A stretch of 62,523 nucleotides of DNA, filler included, from Chiloscyllium plagiosum (lineage: Eukaryota), in the NCBI RefSeq assembly GCF_004010195.1. It is 4 parts of one record of this genome, joined end to end, with 100 filler letters (N's around TTAATTAATTAA, not from the genome) between each part and the next. Parts side by side here need not be neighbours in the genome. Positions count along the whole stretch, not along the records: positions 1 to 10,602 come from NC_057711.1; positions 10,703 to 21,873 come from NC_057711.1; 2 more parts are not named here. The stretch is one strand, 5' to 3'. A model generated the notes under the pieces. The model was not told the origin of the DNA and did not search any database. It saw nothing but the letters and a program-made list of their open reading frames with translations. Positions 1-12,429 of the stretch are shown piece after piece. Each line of letters starts with the position of its first letter. Position 1 is the stretch's first letter. The translations under genes and the position numbers were made by a program.

Positions 1-291
1 GTGTGTGTGTAGGAGTGTGTGTGTGAGAGAGTGTGTGTGCCTGCGTGTGTATATGTGTGTGTGTGTGTGAGTGCATGTGCGTGTGTGTATGTGTGTGTGT
101 GTGTGAGAGTGTGTATGTGTGTGAGAGTGTGTGTGTGTGTGAGAGTGTGTGAGTGTGTGTGAGTGTGTTTGACAGTGTGTGTGTGAGAGTGTGTGTGTGT
201 GAGAGTGTGTCTGTGTGTGAGAGTGTGTGTGTGTGTGAGAGTGTGTGTGAGAGTGTGTGTGTGTGTGAGAGTGTGTGTGAGAGTGTGTGTG
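1..291. repeat. (GT)n/(GA)n compound microsatellite
   Basis: Dinucleotide runs seen directly; they explain the CV-rich ORF 153..473. Confidence 0.97.
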
Positions 292-931
292 TTGTAAACA
301 CTGGGCCCTCATTGAAGACTCTCCCACAAGAGGAGATACCCTTTCCATATCCACCTCAGTCCCCCCAAGAACTTATATATTACAATTTTCAATCCCTTCT
401 GACTCTTAAGTCCAGAGGACACAGAAGAAGAGGCGGAGAATGTAGACTTGGAATTGCAGAACCTAGGCCCTAGACAACTGAAGGGATGGCCTCCAGAACA
501 ATTATCCTTGGGGATACAATTAGAGAAGCACAGATATTGTAAAAGGAGATTACAGTGATAGGGAGGGGCAAGGCAAATGGAGGAATTTCAAAACATCAGG
601 CAGGGTTTTGGAGTTTATTGACATATGAATCCGGAGCAGGAGGAGGTAATTAGTCTGATTAGAAGCTGACCTGAATCTGGCATCAACTCCAAGCCCCATT
701 GTTTCCCTTGTCAGTCAAGAATCCATCTCAGTCAGTCTTAAGTATTTTCAATAATGCTCCCTCCACCAATATCTGGGGAAGGGAATTCCACAGACTAATG
801 ACCTCTGAGTGAAAAATGTTCTCTTCTCTCTTTCATAAATGGAATACTCTTGATTGTTGAACAATGTCCGTAATTATAGTCTCTTTTCTTAGGGAAAGTA
901 ACCTCTTAGCATCTCCTCTCTCAAGTCTTGA

Positions 932-1233
932 GGGGCGGCACGGTGGTTAGCACTGCTGCCTCACAGCGCCAGGGTCCCAGGCTCAATTTCAGCCTTGCGC
1001 AACTGTCTGTGTGGAGTTTGCACATTCTCCCCATGTCTGTGTGGGTTTCCTCCCAGAGTCCAAAAATGTGCAGGTCAGGTGAATTGGCCATGGTAAATTG
1101 CCCGTAGTGTTAGGTGCATTAGTCAGAGGGGAATGGGTCTGGGTGGGTTACTCTTCAGAGGGTCGGTGTGGACTGGTTGGGCTGAAGGGCCTGTTTCCAC
1201 ACTGTAGGGAATCTAATCTAATCTAATCTAATC
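932..1233 (+). mobile_element. tRNA-derived V-SINE (HE1-like)
   Basis: GGGCGGCACGGTGG head, ctgtgtggagtttgcacattctcc core, gaagggcctgtttccacactgta tail and (TCTAA)n end; sits inside a decayed CR1 3' fragment. Confidence 0.88.
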
Positions 1234-1558
1234 TTCTCAAGATTTCATTTATTTCTATGCCGTCTCTCCATCTTTGAAACCCCAATGGATATAAGCTCCA
1301 TCTGTCCAACCTTTCCTCACGAGACAACCCCTTCAGACCAAGCATCAACATCCCGCTCCATTGACTGAGGAATCGATTGGGAACATATGTCCACTGCACA
1401 TACAGCCCCACAGCGTCCACTTACGGCTACATTGGGTGTCAATTGGCCAGAAGCAGGACTTCCACCCCTCCCCCCAAGGTGAGGTACCACCTCGACGAGC
1501 TATCGGCCAATCCCTGTGGTCTCAGTAGCATCAGTGGCAGCAGTGCCCAGCACTGGAA

Positions 1559-1686
1559 TTACAAGTCGTTCCCAAATGTTGAGACCCAGAGACCATCGTT
1601 AAGGGCTTTGAGCAGTAGCTGATCATTGACGCTCATATACTCAGACCCAACTATCTCAAAGTCAGTTCCCTTATTTCCGTTAATCT
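1559..1686 (-). CDS. candidate terminal coding exon of an unknown gene (xEINGNKGTDFEIVGSEYMSVNDQLLLKALNDGLWVSTFGNDL*)
   Basis: Unique sequence with AG acceptor at 1688-1687 and only the phase-1 frame open; protein-like composition but no recognised homolog. Confidence 0.25.
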
Positions 1687-2425
1687 CTGCATACAGCAGG
1701 ATAAGTATTGACTTTTTAACAACAAAAAATGCTGCCTTCAATTTGGTTATCATCATATCAATTTCCTTTGATGTTTTTTAATTCATTCAAGAAGGCAGCT
1801 CACTACCACTGTCTCCAGGAAATCAATAGATGGGCAAGAAATGCTGACGTAGCCAGCAAAGCCCATTTTCTCTGTTCAATCATGGGAGGTGGGCATCACT
1901 GGCTGGGCCAGCATTTATTGCCCATTCCGAGTTGCCCTTGAGAAGGTAGTGGGGAGCTGCCTTCTTGAATCACTGCACTCCCTTGCTGTGGGCAAACCCT
2001 CCTTAAGGGAGAGAGTTCCAGGATTTTGACCCAGTGATACTGAAGGAACGATGATATATTTCCAAATCTGGATGGCGAGTGACTTGGAGGGGAACTTGCA
2101 AGATGTGCTTTTTTTAAGAAAATCAGTCCTGGAAGGTGAAATCGCTGGCGCGGCCAGTATTTATTCCCTATCTATAATTACCAAGAGGGCAGTAGAATCA
2201 ACCACATTGATGTGTGTCTGATGTCACATGTAGGCCAGACTGCTTCCTGAAAAGACAGCTGGTATTAATTCCCAAATTATGTGTTTCTTCATGACATTAC
2301 CATTATGTTACCGCTTTCCCTAAAGGTGGTAGTGTTCCCATGTATCTGCTGCCCTTATCCTTCTAGGTGGTCGTGGACATGGCTTTGAAAGGTACTGGTG
2401 AAGGAAGAATTTGAGTTTTTACTCT

Positions 2426-2893
2426 TAGAGTCATAGAGTCATAGAGATATACAGCACAGAAACAGACTCTTCGGTCCAACCCATCCATGCCGACCAGATA
2501 TCCCAACCCAATCTAGTCCCACCTCCCAGTATCTGGCCCATATCCCTCCAAATCCTTCCTATTCATATACCCATCCAAATGCTTTTTAAATGTTGCAATT
2601 GTACCAGCCTCCACCACTCCCTCTGGCAGCTCATTCCATACCCGTACCACCCTCTGCGTGAAAAAGTTGCCCCCTTAGGTCTCTTTTATATCTTTCCCCT
2701 CTGACCCTAAACCTATGCCCTCTAGTTCTGGATTCCCCCACCCCAGGGCTACGGGGAGAATACGGGTAAGTGGAGTTGAAATGCCCATCAGCCATGATTG
2801 AATGGCGGAGTGGCCTCGATGGGCCGAATGGCCTTACTTCTGCTCCTATGTCTTATGGTCTTATAGGGAAAAGACTTTGTCTATTTACCCTAT
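2426..2893 (-). mobile_element. CR1 LINE 3' fragment, with a second CR1 tail inserted at about 2746-2865
   Basis: Same 3' end as 35740-36097; reverse-strand RT C-terminal sequence. Confidence 0.8.
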
Positions 2894-3021
2894 TCTGGAT
2901 CAGTGGTGGTGGAAGCGCACTGCAGTTCAGCCTGTCCTCGGATGCTGCCTGAACTGCTGTGCTCTTCCAGCACCACTGATCCAGAATCTGGTTTCCAGCA
3001 TCTGCAGTCATTGTTTTTACC
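2894..3021 (+). mobile_element. PLE-derived terminal fragment with inverted 5' portion
   Basis: gatgctgcctgaactgctg...ccagcatctgcagtcattgtttttacc tail; 14-bp TSD with 1 mismatch (2880-2893 / 3022-3035). Confidence 0.7.
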
Positions 3022-6000
3022 TCTGTTTACCCTATGTCAGGTGAATTGGCCATGCTAAATTGCCCATAGTGAGAGGTGCATTAATAGGGAGTCGGTGAAT
3101 GGGTCTGGGTGGGTTACTCTTCAGAGGGTCTGTGTGGACTCGTTGGGCTGAAGGGCCTGTTACCGCATTGTAGGGAATCTAATCTAAATATGCCCTTCAT
3201 AATTGGCAGTTCATTTCACATCCACAAAAATGAGATGAAATTCACATTCTGATTCACACTAGTGTTCTCTTTTAACTTCTAACATAAGCTCCCACAGTTA
3301 TTCAAAGCATTTCTGTTTAAGACAATTATATTTTATTTCACATACCAACTCTCTTCCGTGGTTATATACACATCCTCATTTATGTTCACAGAGACATTAA
3401 TTAACTTGCACAATGGGCAGTTAGTTAGCAAATTGATTTCAACCCATAGGCAGATGTGAGGTATTAACATGTAGCACAAATGACAAGGAGCTGGCACGAC
3501 TGAAAAAGTTAGAATCTAAATGAGACAGAGAAGATGATCACAAATGCATAAGTCACTGAATATGGTGACGTGGGTGTCAAAACAAGACCAGACCAAGCAC
3601 TAAGGTTTATTGCTGGAGGATTAACATTGAAATGGAAACTTGATCTGAATCTTGTTCACACTATAGTTGGAGTCGCGTGTACGCTTCTGTCACTGTACTT
3701 TGAGAAGGTTCTAGGACTATGGTGAAGAAGATATGAAGCAGATCTGTAAGATGTCATCAATGCAAGGTTATAGGTAGTTCACCTATAGGTAGTTCATCTA
3801 TGATGCGCATTTTATCAGCGCAAATTGGCTACAACGTGATTGATGAATTGTTTGCACAATGTGAACTTTCTGCTGAACAGGTCTATCAGGTTTTCCATTG
3901 CACGATCTTTGACAGTGCATTTTCTACGGTGGTTTCCCATAGCACAATCTGCTAAAGCACGAGGTTGCAGAGCAACGCACTGTCACCTTCCAGCAGAATA
4001 GCCTGTACTGAGACCAGGATCTCTTTGACTGCAGGGAGAGGGAAGGGAATCTGTGAAATTCTTTACCACACAGGGCTGGCAAGGCTCTGTGATTAAATAT
4101 ATTCAAGATTGTTAATCAATAGGGGAATCAAAGTTTATGGGGGAAAGGCAGGAGTTGAGGATTATCAGATCAACCATGATCTCATTGAAACGTGTGGAGC
4201 AGACTCCATGGGCTGAATGACCTACTTCTCTCCTATATCTTATGGTCTTGCCTTATAGAGGCCTTTAAAATGATGCAAGTCTTTAATAGGGTAAATGCAA
4301 GACAAAATGTCTGGGTTAAAATTCTGGACTTCCCTCCCTAATGGCACTGTGGGTCTACTTACAGCACATGGACGGCAGCGGTTCAAGAAGGCAGCTCACC
4401 CCCACCTTCTCAAGGGGCAACTAGGGATGGGCAATAAATGGTGGACCAGCCACATGACACAAGTGAATTCTTTAAGGAAGTGCTGTTCTGGTGGGGAAGA
4501 GGGAATCTCAAAGCCATAAATATCCAGGGAGTCAGCTTTGCTACTAATGTAGAATTTCCAAAAATGCAGAGTAAGTCATAGAGTCACAGAGTCATACAGC
4601 ACAGAAACAGACCCTTTGGTCCAACCAGTCCATGCTGACCATAATCCCAAGTTAAACTAGTCACGCCTGCCTGCACCCGGCCCATATCCCTCCAATATTT
4701 CTTATAAATGTCTTTTAAAACATTGTAACTGTACTCATATCCACCGCTTCCTCTGGAAGGTCATTCCACACACAGACCACTCTCTGTGTAAAAAGGTTGC
4801 CCCTCATGCTTTTTCAGATTGATTGTACCCACACCATGACCAGAGTGTCTCACTGACAGGCAGCAGTGGTTTGAGAATGGGAAAGCTATTCAAGATGGGG
4901 CTGAGTAAGACACTCCAGCTGTGGCTCCTCTGTTCCACCCACTCCTTCTCTTTTTAATTCTCACTTTATTTTTCAGACTTTTAATTTTAACTTACCAGAG
5001 GCAAATAGAGGAGATTGGAGGTCTTGGTGAATTCTGGAGGTGAGTCCCAGGCCTGGCCAATGTCGGGNNNNNNNNNNNNNNNNNNNNNNNNNNNNNNNNN
5101 NNNNNNNNNNNNNNNNNNNNNNNNNNNNNNNNNNNNNNNNNNNNNNNNNNNNNNNNNNNNNNNNNNNNNNNNNNNNNNNNNNNNNNNNNNNNNNNNNNNN
5201 NNNNNNNNNNNNNNNNNNNNNNNNNNNNNNNNNNNNNNNNNAGCAATGGGGCCTGGGGGTCAGGGGCATGTCAGACAAACAGGAGGTGGGGTAGGGGGGA
5301 GGTGGTTGGGGGGGGGGGGGGAGGAGTGTGTGAGTCCTGGTGAGTCCCAGGCCTGGCCAGTGTGGGGTGTAAGCCCAGGCAAGGTTTGAAGCCCAACGTA
5401 GTCTTGGCCAGGGCACTCCAGAAGTGGCACAGACTTGTTGAAAAAAACTAAGAATCGAGTGCTTTATCAAAAGAAACCTTCATTATTCTTATGCTGAACT
5501 CTTATTTATTATTCCCTCAACACATACTTAAGCATTCTGTACCTAGGTATCCAGTACCTAAGATGGTGCCAAGGTGTTGACATTACAAAGCTCTTCATTG
5601 CCTTATTCAAGTGCACGTGACAATAGAGGCTGATTCAGTTCAGTTCAGGTCAATGTGGAGCTCATTCAGTCGAACCAAGCAGATAATGCACACGTTATCC
5701 TGGAAGCTGTTACGATGCCTGCATTCTGGAAAACTCACAGCATTCCTGCATCTCACACTGTTCACTCATCACGTACTGAGATGGTCGGTCAATAACAAGT
5801 GCTACTCTCTCAAACCCTGGCCCAGGCCCCACGTCAGGGATCCACAGAATGACATACATGGGGGGCCTGCATTCACACAGGGCTATTCCAAATCAAACAA
5901 CAGCACTCTTAAAAATATCCAAAAAGAGAAGGCCTCCATGTTCCTCACTGGTTTCTCCGCCCATTTTGATTTCTCTATTGACCTGTCTTAGGCCTCACCT

Positions 6001-6035
6001 GCCAGGGCTTCCTCTACCTCAGAAGGGGAGGGTTA

Positions 6036-8129
6036 CCTTCTTAACTACCCTGTCTATATGTGATGCAAACTTCAAAGAATTAAGGTTTCACAGCTCAGGA
6101 CAATCCCCTCATCGCCATGAAATTGTTTGTTTCTCTTTCACCATCAATGAGGCTTTTGAGCTGAGATCTCACACATGGAGAATTATCCTTGCAGCATCTG
6201 AAACTAGCTGCCTCCTGAGTGCTCAGGATGCCTTTTTGGACAATATTAAAAGCCTCAAATCGTTCATTGCCTTCTACTAACAAACCATTTAGGTCCACAG
6301 GTAAGTATGCATTCAGATGCAGAGTTCAGGAACTTTTCTCCTGGTCTGGATTCTCTATAATCAGCGTGTCCTGCAACAGGAGAAAGAGAGAGGCTTGAAA
6401 GTGATGGGGATGTACGCATGAGCATTTGATCAGCAGCTCCAGGGCTTCCAGGTGGAGGGCCTGTCCCATAAGTGAGAGGAAGGACTGTGCCTAGAGAGAC
6501 TGGGGTATAGTCGATCTGTCATTAGATTAATGATCCAGAGTCTGTGCTAACATTGGGGATGTGGCTTTGAATCCTACTAAGGCAGATGGTGAAACTTAAA
6601 TACAGCAAAAATCAGCAATGAGAAGCTAGTCTAATGGTAGTCAACTGTTGGTTGTTGTAAAACTCCATGTCCATCAAAGGGCTCACCCCACCCCACCCCA
6701 CCCCACACTGCCATTATTCTCACACATTTTAAAAGTCCTTTCTTGCAATGTGGGTGTCTCTACATTGACTAGTATTTCCCTAAATTACTCTTAACCTGAG
6801 TGGTTTGTTCAGCCACTTCAAAGGGCAATTAGGAGCCAGACTGCTGTGGGTCTGGAATCACGTGTAGGCCAGAGTTGGGTAAGGGTGGCAGATTTCCTTC
6901 CCTGAAGGGCATTAGTGAACCAGGTGAGTTTTAAGCAGTAGACACATTGTGGCGGTTAGAACAGCTTGTCCCCCAGTAGATTCCAATTTGACTACCTACC
7001 ATCACGGGACTTGAACCCGTGCTCCCAGAGCATTAGTCCCAGGTTCTGGATTACTAGGCTAGTGACATTACTGTTATACCACTGATAGGCCAAATGAAGT
7101 GAAAAACATTCATCTGGGAGTTGGTTGTTCACACATGTGCATCAGAGGAAGATCCATTCATGAAATTGGATACCAACAAAACAGTGTTCCTTCAAAGTTA
7201 AGGCCCGTTTGGTAAATCGTAAACAAGGGTTTCAGAATGAGGAGGCTGGTGAAGACAGCGCTGCTGCTCTACATTATTTGTTTACTCAGCTTGATGCTGC
7301 CATAGAGTGGGGAAAGGAGACTGGGCTGCTTCATCCCAGTGAGAGGTGTGATGTACAACGAGTGGGTTCTATTTTGATTTGAATTACTATCATCACATAT
7401 ACCCAGGTACAGTGAAAAGTTTTGTTTTTGCGTGTGTAATAGGCAGGTTCTGCTGCTGAGCTGTCAAAACTGCAATCTGGAACGAGAAAATGTGGGAGAA
7501 GTGCGCCTGTGATTCAGACCACAGCTCCCCTGAAGTGAAAGAAAAGCCAGCAGTCTTCATAAAATGCTGAGGTGACGTTGTTTGGGGAAGAGAGGAATGA
7601 TCGCCCCGGGGGTGAAGTATCAAGGGCCAAAGTCAATCCTATCTGGAAAAAGGATGGTGTGGTTCTTGGTCCGAGTGACAAATGCAAACTGCTCACCGTT
7701 GGGAAAATAGTTTGCCTTATCGTTCATGGGCTGAATTCAAATGATGGTGGACTGTATACGTGTGACATCGGCACCGACAGAGCAAGGGCTAAGGCCACCA
7801 TCGAAAGCTGAACACTGGAATTGCAAAGCGGCTAAAGAAGGCAAAAATGGATCTGTTGAATGCATACTTACTTGTGGACCTAAATGGTTTGTCAGTAGAA
7901 GGCAATGAACGATTCAAGGCTTTTAATATTGTCCAAAAAGGCATCCTCAGGAGGCAGCTAGTTTCAGATGCTGCAAGGATAATTCTCCATGTGTGAGATC
8001 TCAGCTCAAAAGCCTCATTGATGGTGAAAGAGAAACAAACAATTTCATGGCGATGAGGGGATTGTCCTGAACTGTCAAACCTTAATTCTTTGAAGTTTGC
8101 ATCACATATAGACAGGGTAGTTAAGAAGG
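6036..8129. repeat. inverted duplication, arms 6036-6315 and 7857-8129
   Basis: Arms are reverse complements with a few substitutions and one 7-bp indel; ORFs 5849..6280(+) and 7789..8139(-) share the same peptide. Confidence 0.93.
7455..7848 (+). pseudogene. decayed intronless obscurin-like Ig I-set fragment
   Basis: Three frames give ..EVKEKPAVFIK / EVSRAKVNPIWKKDG..LIVHGLNSNDGGLYTCDIGTDRARAKATIE / KLNTGIAKRLK. W-x-K-D-G and D-x-G-x-Y-T-C motifs; frameshifts present. Confidence 0.72.
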
Positions 8130-8515
8130 CGTTTAGCATTCCTGGCTCAGACCTTTGAGTACAGGAGTTGAGATGTCATATTGAGGTTGTACAAGGCCTG
8201 GGTGAGGCCTCTTCTGGAGCACTGTGTGCGTTCTGGTCTCCCTGCTACAGGAAAGGTGTTATTAAGCAGGAGAGGGTTTCAAAGAGAATTACCTGGATGT
8301 TGCCAGGAATAAAGGTTTTGAGTTAAAAGGAGAGATTGGATAGGCTGGGACCTTTTTCACTGGAGTGTAGGAGGTTGAGGGGTGACCTTATTGGTGTTTA
8401 TAAAATCATGAGGGGTGTAGATAAGGTGAATAGCAATGGTCTTTTCCCTGAAGGGGGTGGGGTTTCAAAACTAAGGGGCACAATATTTAAGGTGAAAGGA
8501 GAAGGATTTTAAAAA
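8107..8515 (+). mobile_element. CR1 RT C-terminal fragment
   Basis: DRVVKKAF...LVRPLLE.CV.FWSP...LRGDL-type motifs, decayed. Confidence 0.85.
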
Positions 8516-8516
8516 T

Positions 8517-10602
8517 AGACAACAGGTGCAGGAGTAGACCATTCTGCCCTTCGAGCCTGCACCCACCATTCATTATGATCATGGCTGATCATCCTCAATC
8601 AGTATCCTGTTCCTGCCTTATCTCCATAACCCTTCATTCCACTATCTTTGAAAGCTCTATTCAACTCTTTCTTAAACGAATCCAGAGACTGGGCCTTCAC
8701 TGCCTTCTGGGGCAGAGCATTGCACACAGCCACCACTCTCTGGGTGAAGAAGTTTCTCCTCATCTCTGTCCTTAATGGCCTACCCCTTATTTTTAAGCTG
8801 TGTCCTTGGTTCGGCACTCACCCATCAGCGGAAACATGTTTCCTGCCTCCAGAGTGTCCAATCCTTTAATAATCTTATACATCTCAATCAGATCCCCTCT
8901 CAGTCTTCTAAACTCAAGGGTACACAAGCCCAGTTGCTCCAATCTTTCAACATAAGATAGTCCCACCCATTCCAGGAATTGACCTCGTGAGCCTACGCTG
9001 CACTCCCTCAATAGCCAGAATGTCTTTCCTCAAACTTGGAGACCAGAACTGCACACAATATTCCAGGTGTGGTCTCACCAGGGCCCTGTACAGCTGCAGA
9101 AGAACCTCTTTGCTTCTATACTCAATCCCTGTTGTTCTGAAGGCCAGCGTGCTATTAGCTTTCTTCACTACCTGCTGTACCTGCATTGAAGGTATACAAG
9201 AACACCCAGATCTCTCTTTACTGCCCCTTTAACTAACTTGACTCCATTTAGATAGTAATCTGCCTTCCTGTTCTTGCCACCAAAGTGGATAACCATACAT
9301 TTATCCACATTAAACTGCATCTGCCATGCATCTGTCCACTCACCTAACCTGTCCAGGTCACCCTGTAATCTCCTAACATCCTCATCACATTTTACCCTGC
9401 CACCCAGCTTTGTATCATCAGCAAATTTGCTAATGTTATTGCTGATACCATCTTCTATATCATTAACAGATATTGTAAAAAGCTGCGGTCCCAGCACTGA
9501 TCCCTGCGGTACCCCACTGGTCACTGCCTGCCATTCCGATATGGAGCCGTTTATCACTACTCTTTGTTTCCTGTCAGCCAACCAACTTTCAATCCAAGTT
9601 AGTACTTTGCTCCCAATACCATGCGCCCTAATTTTGCTCACTAACTTCTTATGTGGGACTTTATCAAAGGCTTTCTGAAAGTCCAGGTACACTACATCTA
9701 CTGGATTTCCTTTGTTCATGATTAGATTAGATTAGATTACTTACAGTGTGGAAACAGGCCCTTCGGCCCAACAAGTCCACACCGCCCCGCCAAAGCGCAA
9801 CCCACCCATACCCCTACGTTTACCCCTTACCTAACACTACGGGCAATTTAGCATGGCCAATTCGCCTGACCTGCACATCTTTGGACTGTGGGAGGAAACC
9901 GGAGCACCCAGAGGAAACCCACGCAGACACGGGGAGAACGTGCAAACTCCACACAGTCAGTCGCCTGAGGCGGGAATTAAACCCGGGTCTCTGGCGCTGT
10001 GAGATAGCAGTGCTAACCACTGTGCCACCGTGCCGCCCACCATCTTCAGAGTTACAGCCTCAAAAAATTCCAGAAGATTAGTCAAGCATGATTTCCCCAT
10101 CATAAATCCATGCTGACTCTGACCTATCCTGTTACTGCTATCCAGATGTGTCGTAATTTCATCCTTTATAATAGACTCCAGCATCTTTCCCACCACTGAG
10201 GTCAGACTAACTGGTCTATAGTTTCCTGCTTTTTCTCTGACTCCTTTCTTAAAAGGTGGTACAACATTAGCCACCCTCCAATCCTCAGGAACTTATCCCA
10301 AATCAACAAACTCTGGAAAATAATCACTAACTCATCCACAATTTCTCGAGCCACCTCCTTCAGTACCCTGGGATGTAGACCATCAGGCCCCGGGGACTTA
10401 TCAACCTTCAGACCTAACAGTCTCTCCAACACCAATTCCTGGCAAATATAAATTCCCTTAAGTTCAGGTCCTTCAGCCACTGTTAACTCAAGGAGATTGC
10501 TTGTGTCCTCCCCAGTGAACACAGATCTGAAGTACCAATTCAATTCTTCTGCCATTTCTTTGTTCTCTGTAATATATTCCCCTGTTTCTGTCTTCAAGGA
10601 CC
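8517..10602 (-). mobile_element. CR1 LINE ORF2 (RT) with 3' end, frameshifted and cut by the linker gap
   Basis: KSPGPDGLHPRVLKE, NYRPVSLTS, YLDFQKAFDKVPH, GVPQGSVLGP, KFADDTK and LVRPHLEYCVQFWSP in the ORF track. Confidence 0.96.
9721..10038 (-). mobile_element. full-length HE1-like V-SINE nested in CR1
   Basis: A-box and B-box tRNA head at the right end, (TCTAA)n tail at the left; interrupts the RT coding sequence. Confidence 0.92.
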
Positions 10603-10702
10603 NNNNNNNNNNNNNNNNNNNNNNNNNNNNNNNNNNNNNNNNNNNNTTAATTAATTAANNNNNNNNNNNNNNNNNNNNNNNNNNNNNNNNNNNNNNNNNN
10701 NN
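10603..10702. other. artificial scaffold linker 44N-TTAATTAATTAA-44N
   Basis: Identical 100-nt construct occurs three times and gives stops in all six frames. Confidence 0.95.
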
Positions 10703-10961
10703 AATCTTCTTCCTGACCTCTCCGCCCCCACCCCCTCTCCGGCCTATCACCCTCACCTTAACCTCCTTCCACCCCTCCCCCAAGTCCCTCCTCTCTACCT
10801 TTTATCTTGGCCTGTTTGGCACACCCTCCTCATTCCTGAAGAAGGGCTTATACCCGAAATGTCGATTCTCCTGCTCCTTGGATGCTGTCTGACCTGCTGC
10901 GCTTTTCCAGCAACACATCTTTCAGCTCTGATCTCCAGCATCTGCAGTCCTCACTTTCTCC
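10703..10961 (+). mobile_element. Penelope-like terminal repeat fragment with a degenerate hammerhead at 10831-10867
   Basis: cattc-CTGAAGA-a-gggcttataccc-GAAA-t-GTC followed by the shared tail ending ctcactttctcc. Confidence 0.75.
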
Positions 10962-11029
10962 ATGTAGCATTTTAGTTTCCTAAGAAGATGGTCTAATGAA
11001 GACCACTCTGAATTGTCTTAAAAATGATG

Positions 11030-11282
11030 GGGTGGCAGGTAGCTCAGTGGTTAGCACTGCTGTGTCACAGCCCCTGGGACCTGAGCTCAGCTCCAGCCTT
11101 GAGCAACTGCATGGAGTCTGCACCTTCTTCCGCGTCTGTATGGGTTTCCTGCGGATGCTCCAATTTCCTCCCACAGTCCAAAAAGACATGCGCGTTAGGT
11201 GGATTGGCCATGGGAAATGCAGGGCCTGGGTGGGATGGTGATGGGCCAAATGGCTTACTTCCACACTGTGGGGATTTTGTGA
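11030..11282 (+). mobile_element. degenerate V-SINE
   Basis: gctcagtggttagcactgctg head and V-domain remnants. Confidence 0.75.
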
Positions 11283-12160
11283 TATATTCTACATTAATGT
11301 GCTCTTGCAAAGCTCTCACTCACTAATCATTCAGCATCTCCATCCAAAGAGTTGTAATTTGCATCCAAATGAGTCCTTTTTCACTAACAAGCATTAGCAA
11401 TTTAAGCCAACTTCTCTGCCTGTTTGTTTTGTTTTGCCATTTAGCAAGATCTCGGAGTTCTGGCTGAGCAAAAATTAATTACCTTAAAGTTTCTGAAGCA
11501 GATTGGAGTGACAGTCATTTCAAGTCACGGTCTGCTTTAACAGATGAGACATTTGTTCCACTTTCTGGTTTGGTCTTGTCATTAAAAAGAGTTTCAAAAG
11601 GAAAATGACACATGGTCCCAGGCACAGTACATCCTCATTTCTGCAGATCCATCTTGCGGCCAGTACACTCGATAGGCCAGATCGAATGGATGGAAGGGCA
11701 TATTTCATCCAGATCTGTTTTATGATTCCTGTGGTACCGACCAAATAATTGCTGAAAAAGACCAATTCGATTCAAAAGGTAATTGACTACCATTAAAACC
11801 TGGATGTTTCTCAATGTTGATGTGTAATGTAGCATTGAGCAAAGCACACAATTAACGGTATTGAGCTATAAATTTAATGAGTTAAATTAAACACTCATAA
11901 TAAAACCAAGACAATGTGCTCGACTTCAAAGTTCCTGTCAGGAAGCCCAGCTCACTCTGAATCCCTTGGGTCAACGTAACATCATGCGAATTTCACTTGG
12001 ATGTGTTCCTGGAGCTTTGATGACATTGTAACAGGAGATTTGACTGCGCAGACAGCTCAACAATCATGAGACAGGGATTTGCACGCTAACCCTAGCTCTT
12101 TATTGGGTTGACATCAGGTCATTACAAAACAAGAAGGTTAAACAAGGGAAGCAGCATGTT

Positions 12161-12370
12161 CAGAAACAATACCTGAAGTTGCTGGAAAAGCTCAGCAGGT
12201 CTGGCAGCATCTGTGCAGAGAAATCAGAGTTTAACGTTTCGGGTCCAGTGACATTTCCTCAGAACTATTCTGAGGAAGGGTCCCCAGCCCCGAAGCGTTA
12301 ACTCTGATTTCTCTCCACGGAGGCTGCCAGACCTGCTGAGCTTTTCCAGTGACTTTGGATTTAGTTTCTG
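12161..12370. mobile_element. palindromic head-to-head PLE terminal pair with a hammerhead-like core on each strand
   Basis: Arms 12175-12264 and 12268-12356 are reverse complements; CTGAGGA..GAAACGTT on minus and CTGAGGA..GAAGCGTT on plus. Confidence 0.75.
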
Positions 12371-12429
12371 ATTTACAGTCGTTCTTTCGCTTTTTAAACT
12401 GCATGCTTGCATTGACTTAAAGCAGTGGT

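Noticed and set aside
6095..6372. Terminal exon on minus
   Set aside because: Plausible acceptor, but the sequence runs into the inverted-duplication arm within about 60 nt; no recognisable protein.
7572..7811. Functional obscurin exon
   Set aside because: Frameshifts on both sides, first Ig cysteine missing, and no splice sites at the domain borders.
11483..11850. Coding exon on minus
   Set aside because: Weak acceptor, stops in all frames before the next donor, and no recognisable motif.
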